64,000 nucleotides of DNA. Source: Scyliorhinus canicula (taxonomy: Eukaryota). A program made the position numbers and the translations under genes. The notes below the pieces were generated by a model, which was not told where the DNA came from, searched no databases, and was given only the letters and a program-made list of their open reading frames with translations. Location of the stretch: the NCBI RefSeq assembly GCF_902713615.1, contig NC_052160.1:24453856-24517855 (forward strand), read 5' to 3'. This document shows positions 1 through 11,122 of the stretch, one piece after another. Positions within the stretch are counted from its first letter, which is position 1. The number at the start of each line of letters is the position of its first letter.

Positions 1-158
1 GTTCCATGGCTGGATCTTCCCGTTTATCATGATGTTTTGCGATGCTGTTCTCGAATGAGAGTAAACATGTTGCCTGTAATCTGAGAGATTCTCGTTGTGT
101 TAGGTTTACAGAAACAGACTCTGAATTAACCTAAGTGTTTCTTCTCTGCCATTTACAG

Positions 159-252
159 GACCTTCTGTCCCACCAAGCCTGCAAAGTCCTTGCATACACA
201 GAAGAACAGACAGTTCTTTCATGAGGCAGAGGAGAATTTCTGGATGGTCATG
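159..252 (+). CDS. CCZ1: CCZ1 coding exon (equivalent to exon 3), (R)TFCPTKPAKSLHTQKNRQFFHEAEENFWMVM
   Basis: tttacAG acceptor, GTacac donor, 94 nt; translation matches vertebrate CCZ1 TFSPSKPAKSLHTQKNRQFF..EENFWMVM. Confidence 0.95.
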
Positions 253-852
253 GTACACATTTACTAAAGGCAGATGTCTTGTACATTGTGCAGAGTTGTT
301 GTGCGTGTCGTCCCGAACTGTTGGTTTGCTCGTTAAGCTGAACGAAACCAAGGCGGAGCTATGGGTACTGCATTTGTCAAATGTACCTGTTTCCACCTGC
401 TCCCCCCTAACCCTCGCTGTCCCAAAGCTGGATGGATGCAGCCAGCAGCTGAATCTCTCCCCAGATCTCGCCCGTGATGAATAGGCAGCATTCTCACCTC
501 CGTCTCAATCCACTCCAGTGATTTGAATCCATAATCCAGTCTGACAGTACCAGTACTGAGGGAGTGCTGCGCTGTCGGAGGCACCGTCTTTTGGTTGAGA
601 CGTTGAACCGAGGCCCCTCCTATGTCTTTGTGTGGAAGAGCGGGAGTGCTACCTGGTGTCCTGACCTATCCCTCAACCATCGTTAGTAAAACAGGTCATT
701 TACCTCTGGGATTTGTGGGAGCTTGCTGTGCGCAAGTTCTTTCTTCAATTTTTCCTCTCGCCCTGAGGAAGGCACGCTCTTTTCAATGCTGGCTTCCCCC
801 TGGTGGTTGGAGGGTATTGTTGCATGGAGCTCATATTTAGCACTGTTTGGTA

Positions 853-1346
853 TCATAGAACCATAGAATTCCTAAAGTGCAGAAGGAGGCCATCTGGCTA
901 TTGAGTCTGTACTCACCCTTTTAAAGAGCACCGTACCCAGGCTCCAACTCTATCCCGTAACCCCATAATCCCACCTAATCTGCACAATTTAGGACACTAA
1001 GGGTAATTTACAATGGCCAATCCACCTAATCTACTTTAGACTGTAGGAGGAAACCGGAGCACCTAGAGGAAACCCGCACAGACACGGGTAGAAAGTGCAA
1101 ACTTTACACAGTCACCCAAGGCTGGAATTGAACCTGGATCCCTAGTACTGTGCCACCCCTTTATCACCCTACCTGGGCCCACGCCCCCACCCTCTCCCCT
1201 CAACCCAGTAACCCCACCTAACCATTTTGGACACTTAAGGGACAATTTAGCATGGCCAATCCACCTAACCTTCACATCTTTGGACTGTGGGAGGAAACCG
1301 CAGCACCCGGAGGAAACCCACGCAGACACGGGAAGGATGTACAAAC
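853..1346 (-). mobile_element. Two adjacent HE1/V-SINE-like copies
   Basis: V-domain GGGTTTCCTC..GTGCTCCGGTTTCCTCC; CR1-type tail on the first. Confidence 0.8.
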
Positions 1347-1364
1347 TTAATTGTTTGCCCTGTC

Positions 1365-1399
1365 TATCTCTATCTATCTATCTCTCTTTCTTTCTCCCT

Positions 1400-1431
<32 letters not shown>

Positions 1432-1515
1432 CCCCCCTTCCCCTCTCTCCCCCCCCACCCAGCCGCCTCCTCTTTCTTCCCCCCCATCTCTTCCCCTCCC
1501 CTTTCCCCCTCCCCT
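1365..1515. repeat. (CT)n / polypyrimidine low-complexity tract
   Basis: direct inspection. Confidence 0.9.
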
Positions 1516-1535
1516 ATTAGAATCTGCGGCTGCCT

Positions 1536-1944
1536 CTGTCTGTTCATACCTGTCTGTTCATACCTGTCTGCTCATACCTGTCTGCTCATACCTGTCTGCT
1601 CATACCTGTCTGCTCATACCTGTCTGCTCATACCTGTCTGCTCATACCTGTCTGCTCATACCTGTCTGCTCATACCTGTCTGCTCATACCTGTCTGCTCA
1701 TACCTGTCTGCTCATACCTGTCTGCTCATACCTGTCTGCTCATACCTGTCTGCTCATACCTGTCTGCTCATACCTGTCTGTTCATACCTGTCTGCTCATA
1801 CCTGTCTGCTCATACCTGTCTGCTCATACCTGTCTGCTCATACCTGTCTGCTCATACCTGTCTGCTCATACCTGTCTGCTCATACCTGTCTGCTCATACC
1901 TGTCTGCTCATACCTGTCTGCTCATACCTGTCTGCTCATACCTG
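1536..1944. repeat. 14-bp minisatellite (CTGTCTGCTCATAC) x29
   Basis: 406 bp / 14 = 29 units; C>T variant in three units. Confidence 0.97.
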
Positions 1945-1969
1945 CTTCTCCTTCTGTTGCTGTGTCCAG

Positions 1970-2047
1970 GTGGTGTCCAATCCTGTGATTGAAAAGATGA
2001 ACAAGGATGGAATCCGTGTCCCGGAATACCAGGAGGATGAGTTACTG
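1970..2047 (+). CDS. CCZ1: CCZ1 exon 4, VVSNPVIEKMNKDGIRVPEYQEDELL
   Basis: tccAG / GTtagt, 78 nt, phase 0-0; similar to VVRNPIIEK..KDG...EYQEEELL. Confidence 0.94.
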
Positions 2048-2311
2048 GTTAGTCGTGTCTGCTCGTGACCTACTCCGGCCCTCGGGTTCGACGTCACTGG
2101 GAAATCCTCACTGGGTATCACATCAGCCATAATGAAACAAATAGATGGGAATATTAGTGATAGATAGCAGAGATCAGCTGAAAAATAACCTCATCCTAGG
2201 ATTACTGCCAATATAGTTAGCAACCTTTAAGAGAGGACAGGGGATTTATAGGGCTACAGTGAGAAGATTAATTGAATGTCTTTTTCTAAGATGGCACCAC
2301 CACACTGTACC

Positions 2312-2758
2312 CGGGCTGGTTTAGCTCAGTTGGCTGGATAGCTGGTTCGTGATGCAGAGCGACGCCATCAGCGCAGGTTTAATTCCCGTACCGGCCGAGG
2401 TTATTCATGAAGGGGGCAGCACGGTGGCGCAGTGGTAGCATTGCTGCCTCACGGCGCCAAGGTCCCAGGTTCGATCCTGGCTCTGGGTCACTGTTTGTGT
2501 GGAGTTTGCCCATTCTCCCCGTGTTTGCGTGGGTTTCACCCCCACAACCGAAAAAGATGTGCCGGCTAGGTAGATTGGCCACGCTAAATTGCCCCTTAAT
2601 TGGAAGAAATGAATTGGGTACTCCTTAAATTTTTTTTTTTAAATGAAGGTTAAATTAGGTTAAATCATCACCTGTCAGCTCTCTCCCCCCCCCCCCCCTT
2701 TCAAAGGGGAACGCAGCCTATGGTCATCTGGGACTGTGATGACTTTACGTTTTACTTC
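2312..2758 (+). mobile_element. tRNA-derived SINE (head GGGCTGGTTTAGCTCAG) split by a younger SINE
   Basis: A/B-box-like head, (TTTAC)n tail. Confidence 0.7.
2414..2642 (+). mobile_element. Short V-SINE with A/T-rich tail
   Basis: GGGCAGCACGGTGGCGCAGTGG head; TSD ATGAAGG. Confidence 0.9.
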
Positions 2759-3411
2759 CAACCACCAGGGGCCAACCTTTGTGCTGCAAGGGTCGATGGA
2801 TGTTCACTGTCGATCACTTCTCTCTCATAAATTGCAACCAGACCTATAGGGAAAGCTACTGTAAATAGAAAAAAAAATACAGCAGCCATGGTGGTGCTGA
2901 ACGATGGGGTAGGGCTGAACAGCCCTCTCCTGTTCTGAGACGTCGCAAACATGGGAAGGCAATTCTTTCTAGAAACAAGCTCTGAGGTAACATGATAGAG
3001 GCCTCTTTAATTATGAAAGGATTTGAAAAGATGAGAGGAAGGAAGATATTTCCACTGGTGGGAAGACCAAAACTAGGGGAAAAGATAATGGCTAATAAAT
3101 CCAGTGGGACGTTCAGGGTAAACGTCTTCACCTGGCAAGTGGTGAGAATGTGGAACTGGCTACCACAGGGCACAGTTGAAGTGAATACTGGAGATGCATC
3201 TGAGGTGAAGCTGCTTAAACGCATGAGAGCAAAGGACTAGCGGGAGAGGCGTTGATAGGGTGAGCCGAAGAGGGGTGGGAGGAGGTGCTTGTGAAATATA
3301 AACATCGGCATCAACTAGTTGGGCCGAATGGCCTGTTCCGGTGCTGGAAATCCTATTTAATTCCCTTGACTTTCCTCTGTGAAGTAAATCTTTGCTTCTG
3401 CTGTATTTCAG

Positions 3412-3459
3412 GACACAGTGTACGGAGCAGTGATCCAGCAGTGCTACTGTATGTACAAG
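3412..3459 (+). CDS. CCZ1: CCZ1 exon 5, DTVYGAVIQQCYCMYK
   Basis: ttcAG / GTgatg, 48 nt, frame continuous with neighbours. Confidence 0.93.
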
Positions 3460-3563
3460 GTGATGTGGATCGGCTATTTCCTACGTATTTTCTCCTTGTC
3501 GTTTTCTTTACTGACCCAATTTTCCCAGCTTAACGCTCGCTTCTGGTTTTCCCGCATGTTCAG

Positions 3564-3647
3564 CTCTTCAATGGCACCTTCACAAAATCCATGGAGGCTG
3601 GAGGCATTGACCACCTGCAGCAGAGAATCCAGAAGTTTTTCTACAGG
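3564..3647 (+). CDS. CCZ1: CCZ1 exon 6, LFNGTFTKSMEAGGIDHLQQRIQKFFYR
   Basis: ttcAG / GTaggg, 84 nt; LFNGTF motif. Confidence 0.95.
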
Positions 3648-5243
3648 GTAGGGGCCCTTAAATTTACTAATCACTGGTGAGACTCCAGTCGGCGGGCTGC
3701 GTTCAGAGCTGAGCACCGCACCTTTTAAGAAGGAGGCCAAGGCCTAGGGGAAGGGGGAAGAAGAGATTTACTGAAATGGTATCGGGGAACGTGGAATTGA
3801 GTTATGCGGGGAGACTGGGATTGTTCTCTCTACTGCAGAGTAGATTAAGGAGGGGATTAAATAGTGGTAATCAACATTATGAGGTGGTTTTGAATAAGTA
3901 GGTAGGGATAATCTATTTCCTCCGGCAGGAAGGCCGGGAACCAGAGGTCACAGATTTGGGATAATTGGAGAAGAAAAGCGGAGGAAATGAGAAGAACGTT
4001 TTTTTTTTACGCAGCCCAAATTGTGATCTGAAATGCGCTGTCTATAAGGGCGGTGGAAACAGATTCAATAGTAACTTGCAAAAGGGAATTGGATAAACAC
4101 TTGAAAAGGAGAAACGTGTAAGACTAGGGGAAAAGAGCAGAGGAGTGGGACCAATTGGATAACTGTTCCAAAGGACTAGCACAGGAACGATGGGCTGAAT
4201 GGCCTCCGTCTGTGCTGTAAGAATCCATGATTTGTTTTGTCGGTCTTGTTGCTCTCCTCCTGCCCTGAAGGTACGGACTCTTTTTCTGGCTGTGCCTTCC
4301 ATCTGCCACCTCCTGCCAACCTGCCCTATGGCGGGCCAGGGTCAGCGGGCTGTTTGACTGTGGGTTGCTGCACAGCCATTCCTAGTCCCCTTCTCATCTC
4401 CCACTTCCCCCGAGTGCGCTGTATTGACCTTAAAGAGGATGCCGTGCAAATTCATCAGAATGACATTGGAGCTGAAAGGGTTGTATTTCCTGAAATGCAA
4501 AAGGTTATGGTTTAATGTAATTGAGGTTAAGATAATCACAATTCTGATTAGTGCTTGGGAATAGTGAGAATCTGCCTTTGCCTAATCACTATCCTGACAA
4601 TCTCTGCTCCAGCCCCTTCTCCACCATCAGCCCTCCCTAGAAGATGCGTTTATGTGAACATAGGAGGCCATTCACCCTCTCGACCCGGATCCACCAATGA
4701 ATTAGGTCATGGTTAATCTGTATTTAACCTGCCTTGCTTCCTTAATACCCTTAACCCAATAAAAATTTATCAATCTCAGAGTTGACATCCTCACTCGACC
4801 AGAAGACATAGTTTCCCTCTACATATCCTATCAGATCCTTTAATCATCTTAAACCCTTTAATTAAGTCATCCCTTATCTTCTGTATGGAAGCGAATATGA
4901 TCCTGGTATTCCCGCTTGACTGGACAATAACCACTTCATCCCAGTGAAAACAGACCCAGGACCCCTCACTGAAGGAATACTCCAGGAAGTTTGACCCTGA
5001 CCCTCTCGGGCAGTCAGAGCCAATCCAGGGAAACACCCGGATTGTGTTGAATCTAAAGCCACGATCTGAGCAGGATTTTCCTGGCCCCGGGTGGCAGGTG
5101 TGTGAAAGTGGGGATGGCCAGGAAGGTAGGTTGGAACAGCATCGGCGCAACTTCCCGAAGCATTCCTGCCACCAGGGAAATTCTGCAGGGGCAGCCTGGG
5201 AAGCGGATCAGCTGACCGATGCACAAAAGTGGACAAGCAATTT

Positions 5244-5453
5244 ATTTTCTTTTAAAAAAAATAAATTTCGAGTACCCAATTCATTTTTTTTCAATTAAGG
5301 GGCAATTTAGCGTGGCCAATCCACCTACCCTGCACATCTTTGGGTTGTGGGGGCGAAACCCACACAGACACGGGGAGATGGTGCAAACTCCACACGGACT
5401 GTGACCCAGAGCGGGGATGGCAGAAGTGCTGAACTGCGCCACCGTGCTGCCCC
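5244..5453 (-). mobile_element. Short V-SINE
   Basis: same family; TSD GACAAGCAATTT. Confidence 0.88.
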
Positions 5454-7277
5454 AGACAAGCAATTTTAATCGTTTCCAAGGCCTCAATTGGGGGCAATCT
5501 GGTGGCTCCGCCAACATTTATGCCACCACGGACAATCCCCGGCATTTGGGGAGGCTGCCTGCTCCATGAGGCGATCAGTAACCCTGCGGAAAGACTGGGT
5601 TGGGGTGCTTTCTAGTCGGAAGCTCCACTCCCAAAGAAGGAGTCATCGGCAGGACAGGCCGTCCAAGGGGAGACATTCCTATCCGTTCCAAGGTACCTGT
5701 GACCATCTGCCTCCTCTATGTTTGCATCCCTGAGGGGGCCTGCATGTTAAGACACCTGCCTGAGCAGCCCCCTCACCTCCCGGTGGGGCTGCCGAGACAG
5801 TAGAATTGGCTCTGATTGAGCCAGCAGCGTTGAGGACCTACCCGTCGGCCTCAATAGGGCAGTCAAGTGTGGAGATGGCCCCGGCCACCTCCAGTCTGGC
5901 TCTCAGCATGTGCAGGCTCCAGGCACCTAGATGGTTCCAACATCGGCGTCTGACGCCTGCAGGAAATTCTGCCCACTGTGTCTGAGGCAGCACTTGTGTC
6001 CCTCGAGGCGATTAGCCCTCTCTCCCACCCCCGTCCCCTCGGCACTTTACAAATTCTTCCAACTTTTGACAATCTGCTGCTCGACTGTTAAACATATTTA
6101 TTTTAGCAGCCCCATGTGGTTTTCGTACTGAAGTAGATCTAAATTTCAGTGCATGTGCTTACTTTTCCTATAATTCCCCACCCTGGTCTCCGATATCCTT
6201 ATTGCCTTGTGGTCCTCACAACCTGAATAATACATAAAGGATTAGTATAAACATAGAGCTCACTGCTGGCTAAATGTCACTCCAATCTAACCCCATTGCC
6301 ATAACGCTTAATCACCAGTTTGGCATTAAATTACAGCAGGTTGTTTTATACTCATCTGTCCAAACATACTTTGTTGTTGCATTATTTGCCTAGTTCCTGT
6401 ACGTTCTAAACTGATCATGACTGCTAGACAACGGCCGGATTTATGCCATGCGTTGGTACAAATGGGCTTTGTGACAGCTGCCTTTGACAACAAGCTTTGC
6501 AATGAATCCTGTATAATGTTGCAGTTAAATAATTCATTTGAAGTGACAGCAGGATAATTTAAAATTATTTCCTCACCTTTTTTAATCTCAAGTACGCATC
6601 AGCGTCAAATATCGTCAACAATGGGTTTATTTTGTCTCTTTTCAACTTGACAACTTTCTAGCAATGGTTTTGAAATTTCACTCATTCAGAAAATCGAGCA
6701 TAGTTACATATGAGACGATTCCCATTTATTTTTCATTGAGAATCTGCTACGGTGTTGCTAATTAAGTCAGTGACTACTGGGAATGTAAGACCTCAACAGT
6801 TACTGACTGCATTAATCAACACGGGTATGGTATCTCTTGGGTGAAAGTGGTTATATTCCAGCGCAGAACCGAGGGAGTGCTGCACTGTCAGAGCTGCTGC
6901 CGTTTGGGTGAAATGATTAGATTTGTTGGCTGCCCCCGTCTCCAGTGAACGCAGACGATCCCATTTTTCAAGAAGAGCAGGGGAATTCTCCCCAATGTCC
7001 CAGCCGATATTTGTAACCCAACCGACATCACTTAAATAAAACCCCGACGATCCGGCCACAATCATGTTATTGATTGTAGGAGCTTGCTATGCACAAATTG
7101 GCTGCTGAATTCCCTGCCCTCCCAGCAGTGACCGTGCTTCAAAAGCAGTGAATAACCTACTTCCAAGTAGCAGGTTCAAAAGACTGAATGGCCTTTGAGT
7201 CAGGGAGAGAGGTATATTTTTCAAAAAGGCAATTGAAAGTGGAGATACAGAATCTTTTGCTATTATTCCTCCCGCAG

Positions 7278-7453
7278 TACCTGCAAACATTGCACCTGCA
7301 GTCGTGTGACCTGCTGGATGTGTTTGGTGGAATCAGCTTCTTCCCCCTCGATAAGATGACCTACCTGAAGATTCAGTCATTTGTCAACAGAATGGAGGAA
7401 AGCCTAGATCTTGTTAAGTACACAGCATTTCTGTACAATGATCAACTCATCTG
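7278..7453 (+). CDS. CCZ1: CCZ1 exon 7, YLQTLHLQSCDLLDVFGGISFFPLDKMTYLKIQSF...YTAFLYNDQLI(W)
   Basis: cgcAG / GTaagt, 176 nt; near-identical to vertebrate CCZ1. Confidence 0.97.
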
Positions 7454-8211
7454 GTAAGTCCATTGTTACTTGATGATAGAGTTTGCTTCGACTGGGGGCA
7501 GGAGTGAAATTGGGTAATGCGGAAGCTGGCAGGCAAACCAGCTTGTGCTACCGAGAAGCCGGAACAGGCCCAGGTTTAACACTTATCCAAATACACCAGC
7601 AGCCCAGAGAGACTCGGCTTAAACTTTGCACTCGAGTCTCTGAAGTAGGATTTGAACCCACGACCTTTTGACTCGGTGGCAAGGGTGATGCACCCTGCTG
7701 AACAAGAGTGAGAGGCTTTTTTAATGTTCAGAATGCTCTCTTTAGAACATAGGAAATGCAAGCTGTAGTAAGCCACAACCCCATGAGCCTGCTCCACCAT
7801 TCAATAAGATCACAGCTGATCTTCTACCTCCGTCTTCCTGCACTATCCTCATATTTTTTACTCCCCGTCCGACAAAGATCTATCAAAATCTTTTCTGCAA
7901 CTGATCGTCCACAGCTCTATAGCGTTGAGAATTCTGAAGGTTCTCAACCTTCTGAGTGAAGAAATTGCTCTTCATTTCAGTCCAAAATGCCGACCCCTTA
8001 TTCCAGTCCTAGTTCTGGGCTGTCTAGCCATGGGAAAGAACCTCTCAACATGTACCCCATCAATTTATCTAAGAATTGTACAAGTTTCAATCTGATTTTA
8101 TGCATTTCTGGGTAAGTTACTTTTAAGTTGTGACAGGACATGTGCAGGATGACAGATTGCCCAGTGCCTGTGTCCAACATGGTTGATATTAGTAGCTGGC
8201 TGATAGTACAA

Positions 8212-8644
8212 AACTTGGTGTTGCTGAAAAAGGCACATGTGGATGAAGCTTTCCGTCAGGCGCACATCAAGACAATTCAAAAGAATATCAAATTGTAAAG
8301 GGAATAACAATTTATACAGCAGGAGAAGAACATAGAACATAGAACAGTACAGCACAGAACAGGCCCTTCGGCCCTCGATGTTGTGCCGAGCAATGATCAC
8401 CCTACTCAAACCCACGTATCCACCCTATACCCGTAACCCAACAACCCCAACTCTGATTGGTAAAGGCATTGTCATGGAAAATCTACCAGATAACTGACTA
8501 GTTATCTGCCAGGCTTTGTTTAAATTATAAATGTATAATGAATAAATATTCCCCATTACAATTTGGCATTCTTGTGAATTGTCATGATGAGGGCAGGACA
8601 AAAAGCTTTGACAACATGTGTCTTTTTCAGCAATACTCCGAGTT
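8212..8644. mobile_element. Penelope-like inverted-repeat element with hammerhead remnants at both ends
   Basis: left about 90 bp is the reverse complement of the right about 90 bp; CR1-type tail inserted at 8328-8450. Confidence 0.75.
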
Positions 8645-8829
8645 GATATTGTTAAATAGAAATGCCAAAACAGGGAAATGGGCACACAACAGTGTTACAC
8701 ACATTATAGCGTGAGGTCTTGGCCTCAGGGGGCCTCTGGATCCACGGGCCTAGGCTAGAGGCGAACACGAACACCCAGGGGGAACCAGGTTGTTGGTTAA
8801 ATGGAATGTGGCACTTTTCTTTTTTTTTA

Positions 8830-9135
8830 AAAATAATCTTTATTGTCACAAGTAGGCTTACATTAACACTGCAGTGAAGTTACTGTGAAAAGCCCCCAGT
8901 CGCCAGACTCCGGCGCCTGTTCAGGTACACAGAGGGAGAATTTATAATGTCCAATTCACCTATCAAGCATGTCTTTCGGGACTTGTGGGAGGAAACCGGA
9001 GCGCCCGGAGGAAAGCCACGCAGACAGGGGGAGAACGTGCAGACTCTGCACAGACAGTGACCCAAGCCGGGAATCGAACCCGGGACACTGGCGCTGTGAG
9101 GCAACAGTGCTAACCACCGTGCTACCGTGCAGCCC
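8830..9135 (-). mobile_element. V-SINE with Rex1-like tail
   Basis: head + V-domain + cttttcacagta...tacttgtgacaataaa tail. Confidence 0.88.
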
Positions 9136-9189
9136 TTTTATCCGCCAGGAAACCTGGTTTGGGAGATGCAGGCCGCTGAAGAACAGCAT

Positions 9190-9510
9190 GAAAGGGAGCA
9201 GTGCTCACTGCTGCTGTGACACTCCCAGTGCAATACTGAGGAAGTACTGCACTGTCGGAGGTGACGTCTTTTGACTGAGGCATTATAGAGCGGGGGAGAT
9301 AACTTTGGTGTCCTGCCCAATGTTGATCCCTCAATCCGCATCACTGAAACAGATTATCTGGTCATTAACAGAGTGATGTTTGAGAGAGGTTCCTGCACAC
9401 AAATTAGCTGCTGCATTTGCCCTCTTACAACAGTGACTACACCACAGTCATTCATTGCCTGTAAAGCACATTGGGAAAAAGCACGATATAAATGTAAATC
9501 AGTTCTTCCT
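9190..9510 (+). mobile_element. Old DeuSINE (SacSINE1-like) copy whose 3' end abuts the CCZ1 exon 8 acceptor
   Basis: tactgcactgtcggaggtg...aaacagattatctggtcatta...acaacagtgactaca; related copies near 520-740, 6793-7160, 12430-12870, 17420-17870, 24745-24935, 39350-39660, 53540-53690. Confidence 0.65.
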
Positions 9511-9518
9511 TCTTTCAG

Positions 9519-9600
9519 GAGTGGGTTGGAGCAGGACGACATGCGAATTCTGTACAAGTATCTCACAACATCGCTCTTCCCAAGACAACTGGAGCCTGAG
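9519..9600 (+). CDS. CCZ1: CCZ1 exon 8, SGLEQDDMRILYKYLTTSLFPRQLEPE
   Basis: ttcAG / GTattc, 82 nt. Confidence 0.96.
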
Positions 9601-10187
9601 GTATTCTCAAAGTGTCTTTAAACTGTCTCAAGAAATACAACATTAAAGTACAAGGTTGAAATTAGAGTAGGCCATTCAGGGGTGACCTCAGGAAGCACGT
9701 CTTCACGCAAAGGATGCTGGGAATCAGGAACTCTGTCCAGATAGATGATAATTGGTAAAAGAACCAGAGACACGATGGGAATTGCTTTTACACACTGAGT
9801 TGTTGTGGACTGGAGAGTGCTACCTCAAAGGTTGGAGGAAGCAGATACAATAGTGACTTTCAACAGGAAATTTGATAAACATTTGGGAGGGAAAATATTT
9901 GCAGGGTTATGAGAAAAGAGCCAAGGGAGAGTGGGACTGGTTCAACCAGCCAGCCCTGACACGATGGGCCAAATGGCCTCCTTCTGTGCTCGATCATTAA
10001 GGCTGAGATTGACCTCTGAAGACAGGGCTGAAAGGGCAATTTATTAATCTGAACCCCTACACTCAGTAAATTCTTAGTTGAGATTTTGTAATTTATGAAT
10101 CCAATTTATGAATAAATTAAGTTAAATGCAATGTTTGGTGCTAATGGCTCCGATGATAGTGAGCTTGTTTTCTCCCTCTGCCCTTAG

Positions 10188-10249
10188 CTAATTGGTCGCG
10201 ATTCCCCGGGACGAGGTGGAATAACGGTGAGCCTCAACCATTACGGCAG
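10188..10249 (+). CDS. CCZ1: CCZ1 exon 9, LIGRDSPGRGGITVSLNHYG(R)
   Basis: cttAG / GTaagg, 62 nt; GRDSP and HYG anchors, middle diverged. Confidence 0.9.
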
Positions 10250-10515
10250 GTAAGGCTTCCCTTGGCAGCTGTTGACCATTTATTATGGTTGGAGCCTGGT
10301 GTACAGTCAGTGGTACGTTGCACTCAAACCATCCCCAATCAAATAGCACTTCAAATGGTATCTGCGGACCCCTCCACTTCAGTCGTCCTCCCCCCTTATC
10401 AACCGCAGCCACTTGGTTTTCAAATTCCTCATGGCCTCGTCTCTCCCTAGCTCAGCAACCTCATCCAGCCCCACAGCCTTCTGAGATCTCTCTGTTCCTT
10501 CACTTTTGCCATCTT

Positions 10516-11122
10516 TTTAAAAAAAAAAAAAATTTTTAAATTGAGATTTTTGAAAAATGTATAACAACAGAACAATAATAACAATATCAATAATAAGCAC
10601 CCCCCCGGCACCCATAACAACGCATATAACGAACCCCCCCCACACCCCCCTCCCCAAACCCAATAAACAACAAAATAAATTAACAATAAATTAAATTAAC
10701 ATAAACAATACCCCCCTGAAACCCCCCCCCCCCTCCCCCCCCTCCCCCCCAGGTTGCTGCTGCCGCTGACCTAGTTCCCTATCTTCGAGCCAGAAAGTTG
10801 AGGAAAGGCTGCCACCGCCCAAAGAACCCTTGTACCGACCCCCGCAGGGCGAATTTGACCTTCTCCAGCTTAATGAATCCCGCCATGTCATTGATACAGG
10901 TCTCCACGCTTGGGGGTCTCGCATCTTTCCATTGCAACAAGATCCTCCGCCGGGCTACTAGGGACGCAAAGGCCAAAACATCAGCCTCTTTTGCCTCCTG
11001 CACACCCGGCTCCACCCCAACCCCAAATATCGCGAGTCCCCAGCCTGGCTTGACCCTGGACCCTACCACCCTCGACACTGTCCTCGCCACCCCCTGCCAG
11101 AATTCCCCCAGTGCCGGGCATG
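10516..11122 (-). mobile_element. L1-clade LINE 3' end
   Basis: ORF2 C-terminus (ARRRILLQWK...EKVKF...RWQPF); G-rich 3' UTR; 13-bp TSD CTTTTGCCATCTT at 10503 and 11123. Confidence 0.9.

Noticed and set aside
1536-1944. Possible CRISPR-like array
   Set aside because: Contiguous units without spacers, in a vertebrate intron
1280-2068. 262-aa and 213-aa ORFs with repeated VCSYLSAHTCLLIP
   Set aside because: Artefact of the stop-free 14-bp minisatellite and CT tract; only 1970-2047 is a real exon
2312-2480. tRNA genes
   Set aside because: A/B-box heads run into SINE bodies, are multi-copy and lack a proper cloverleaf
10226-10232. Internal donor-like ACG/GTGAGC in CCZ1 exon 9
   Set aside because: Would shift frame by 23 nt; the downstream CAG/GTAAGG is stronger and restores the conserved HYGR
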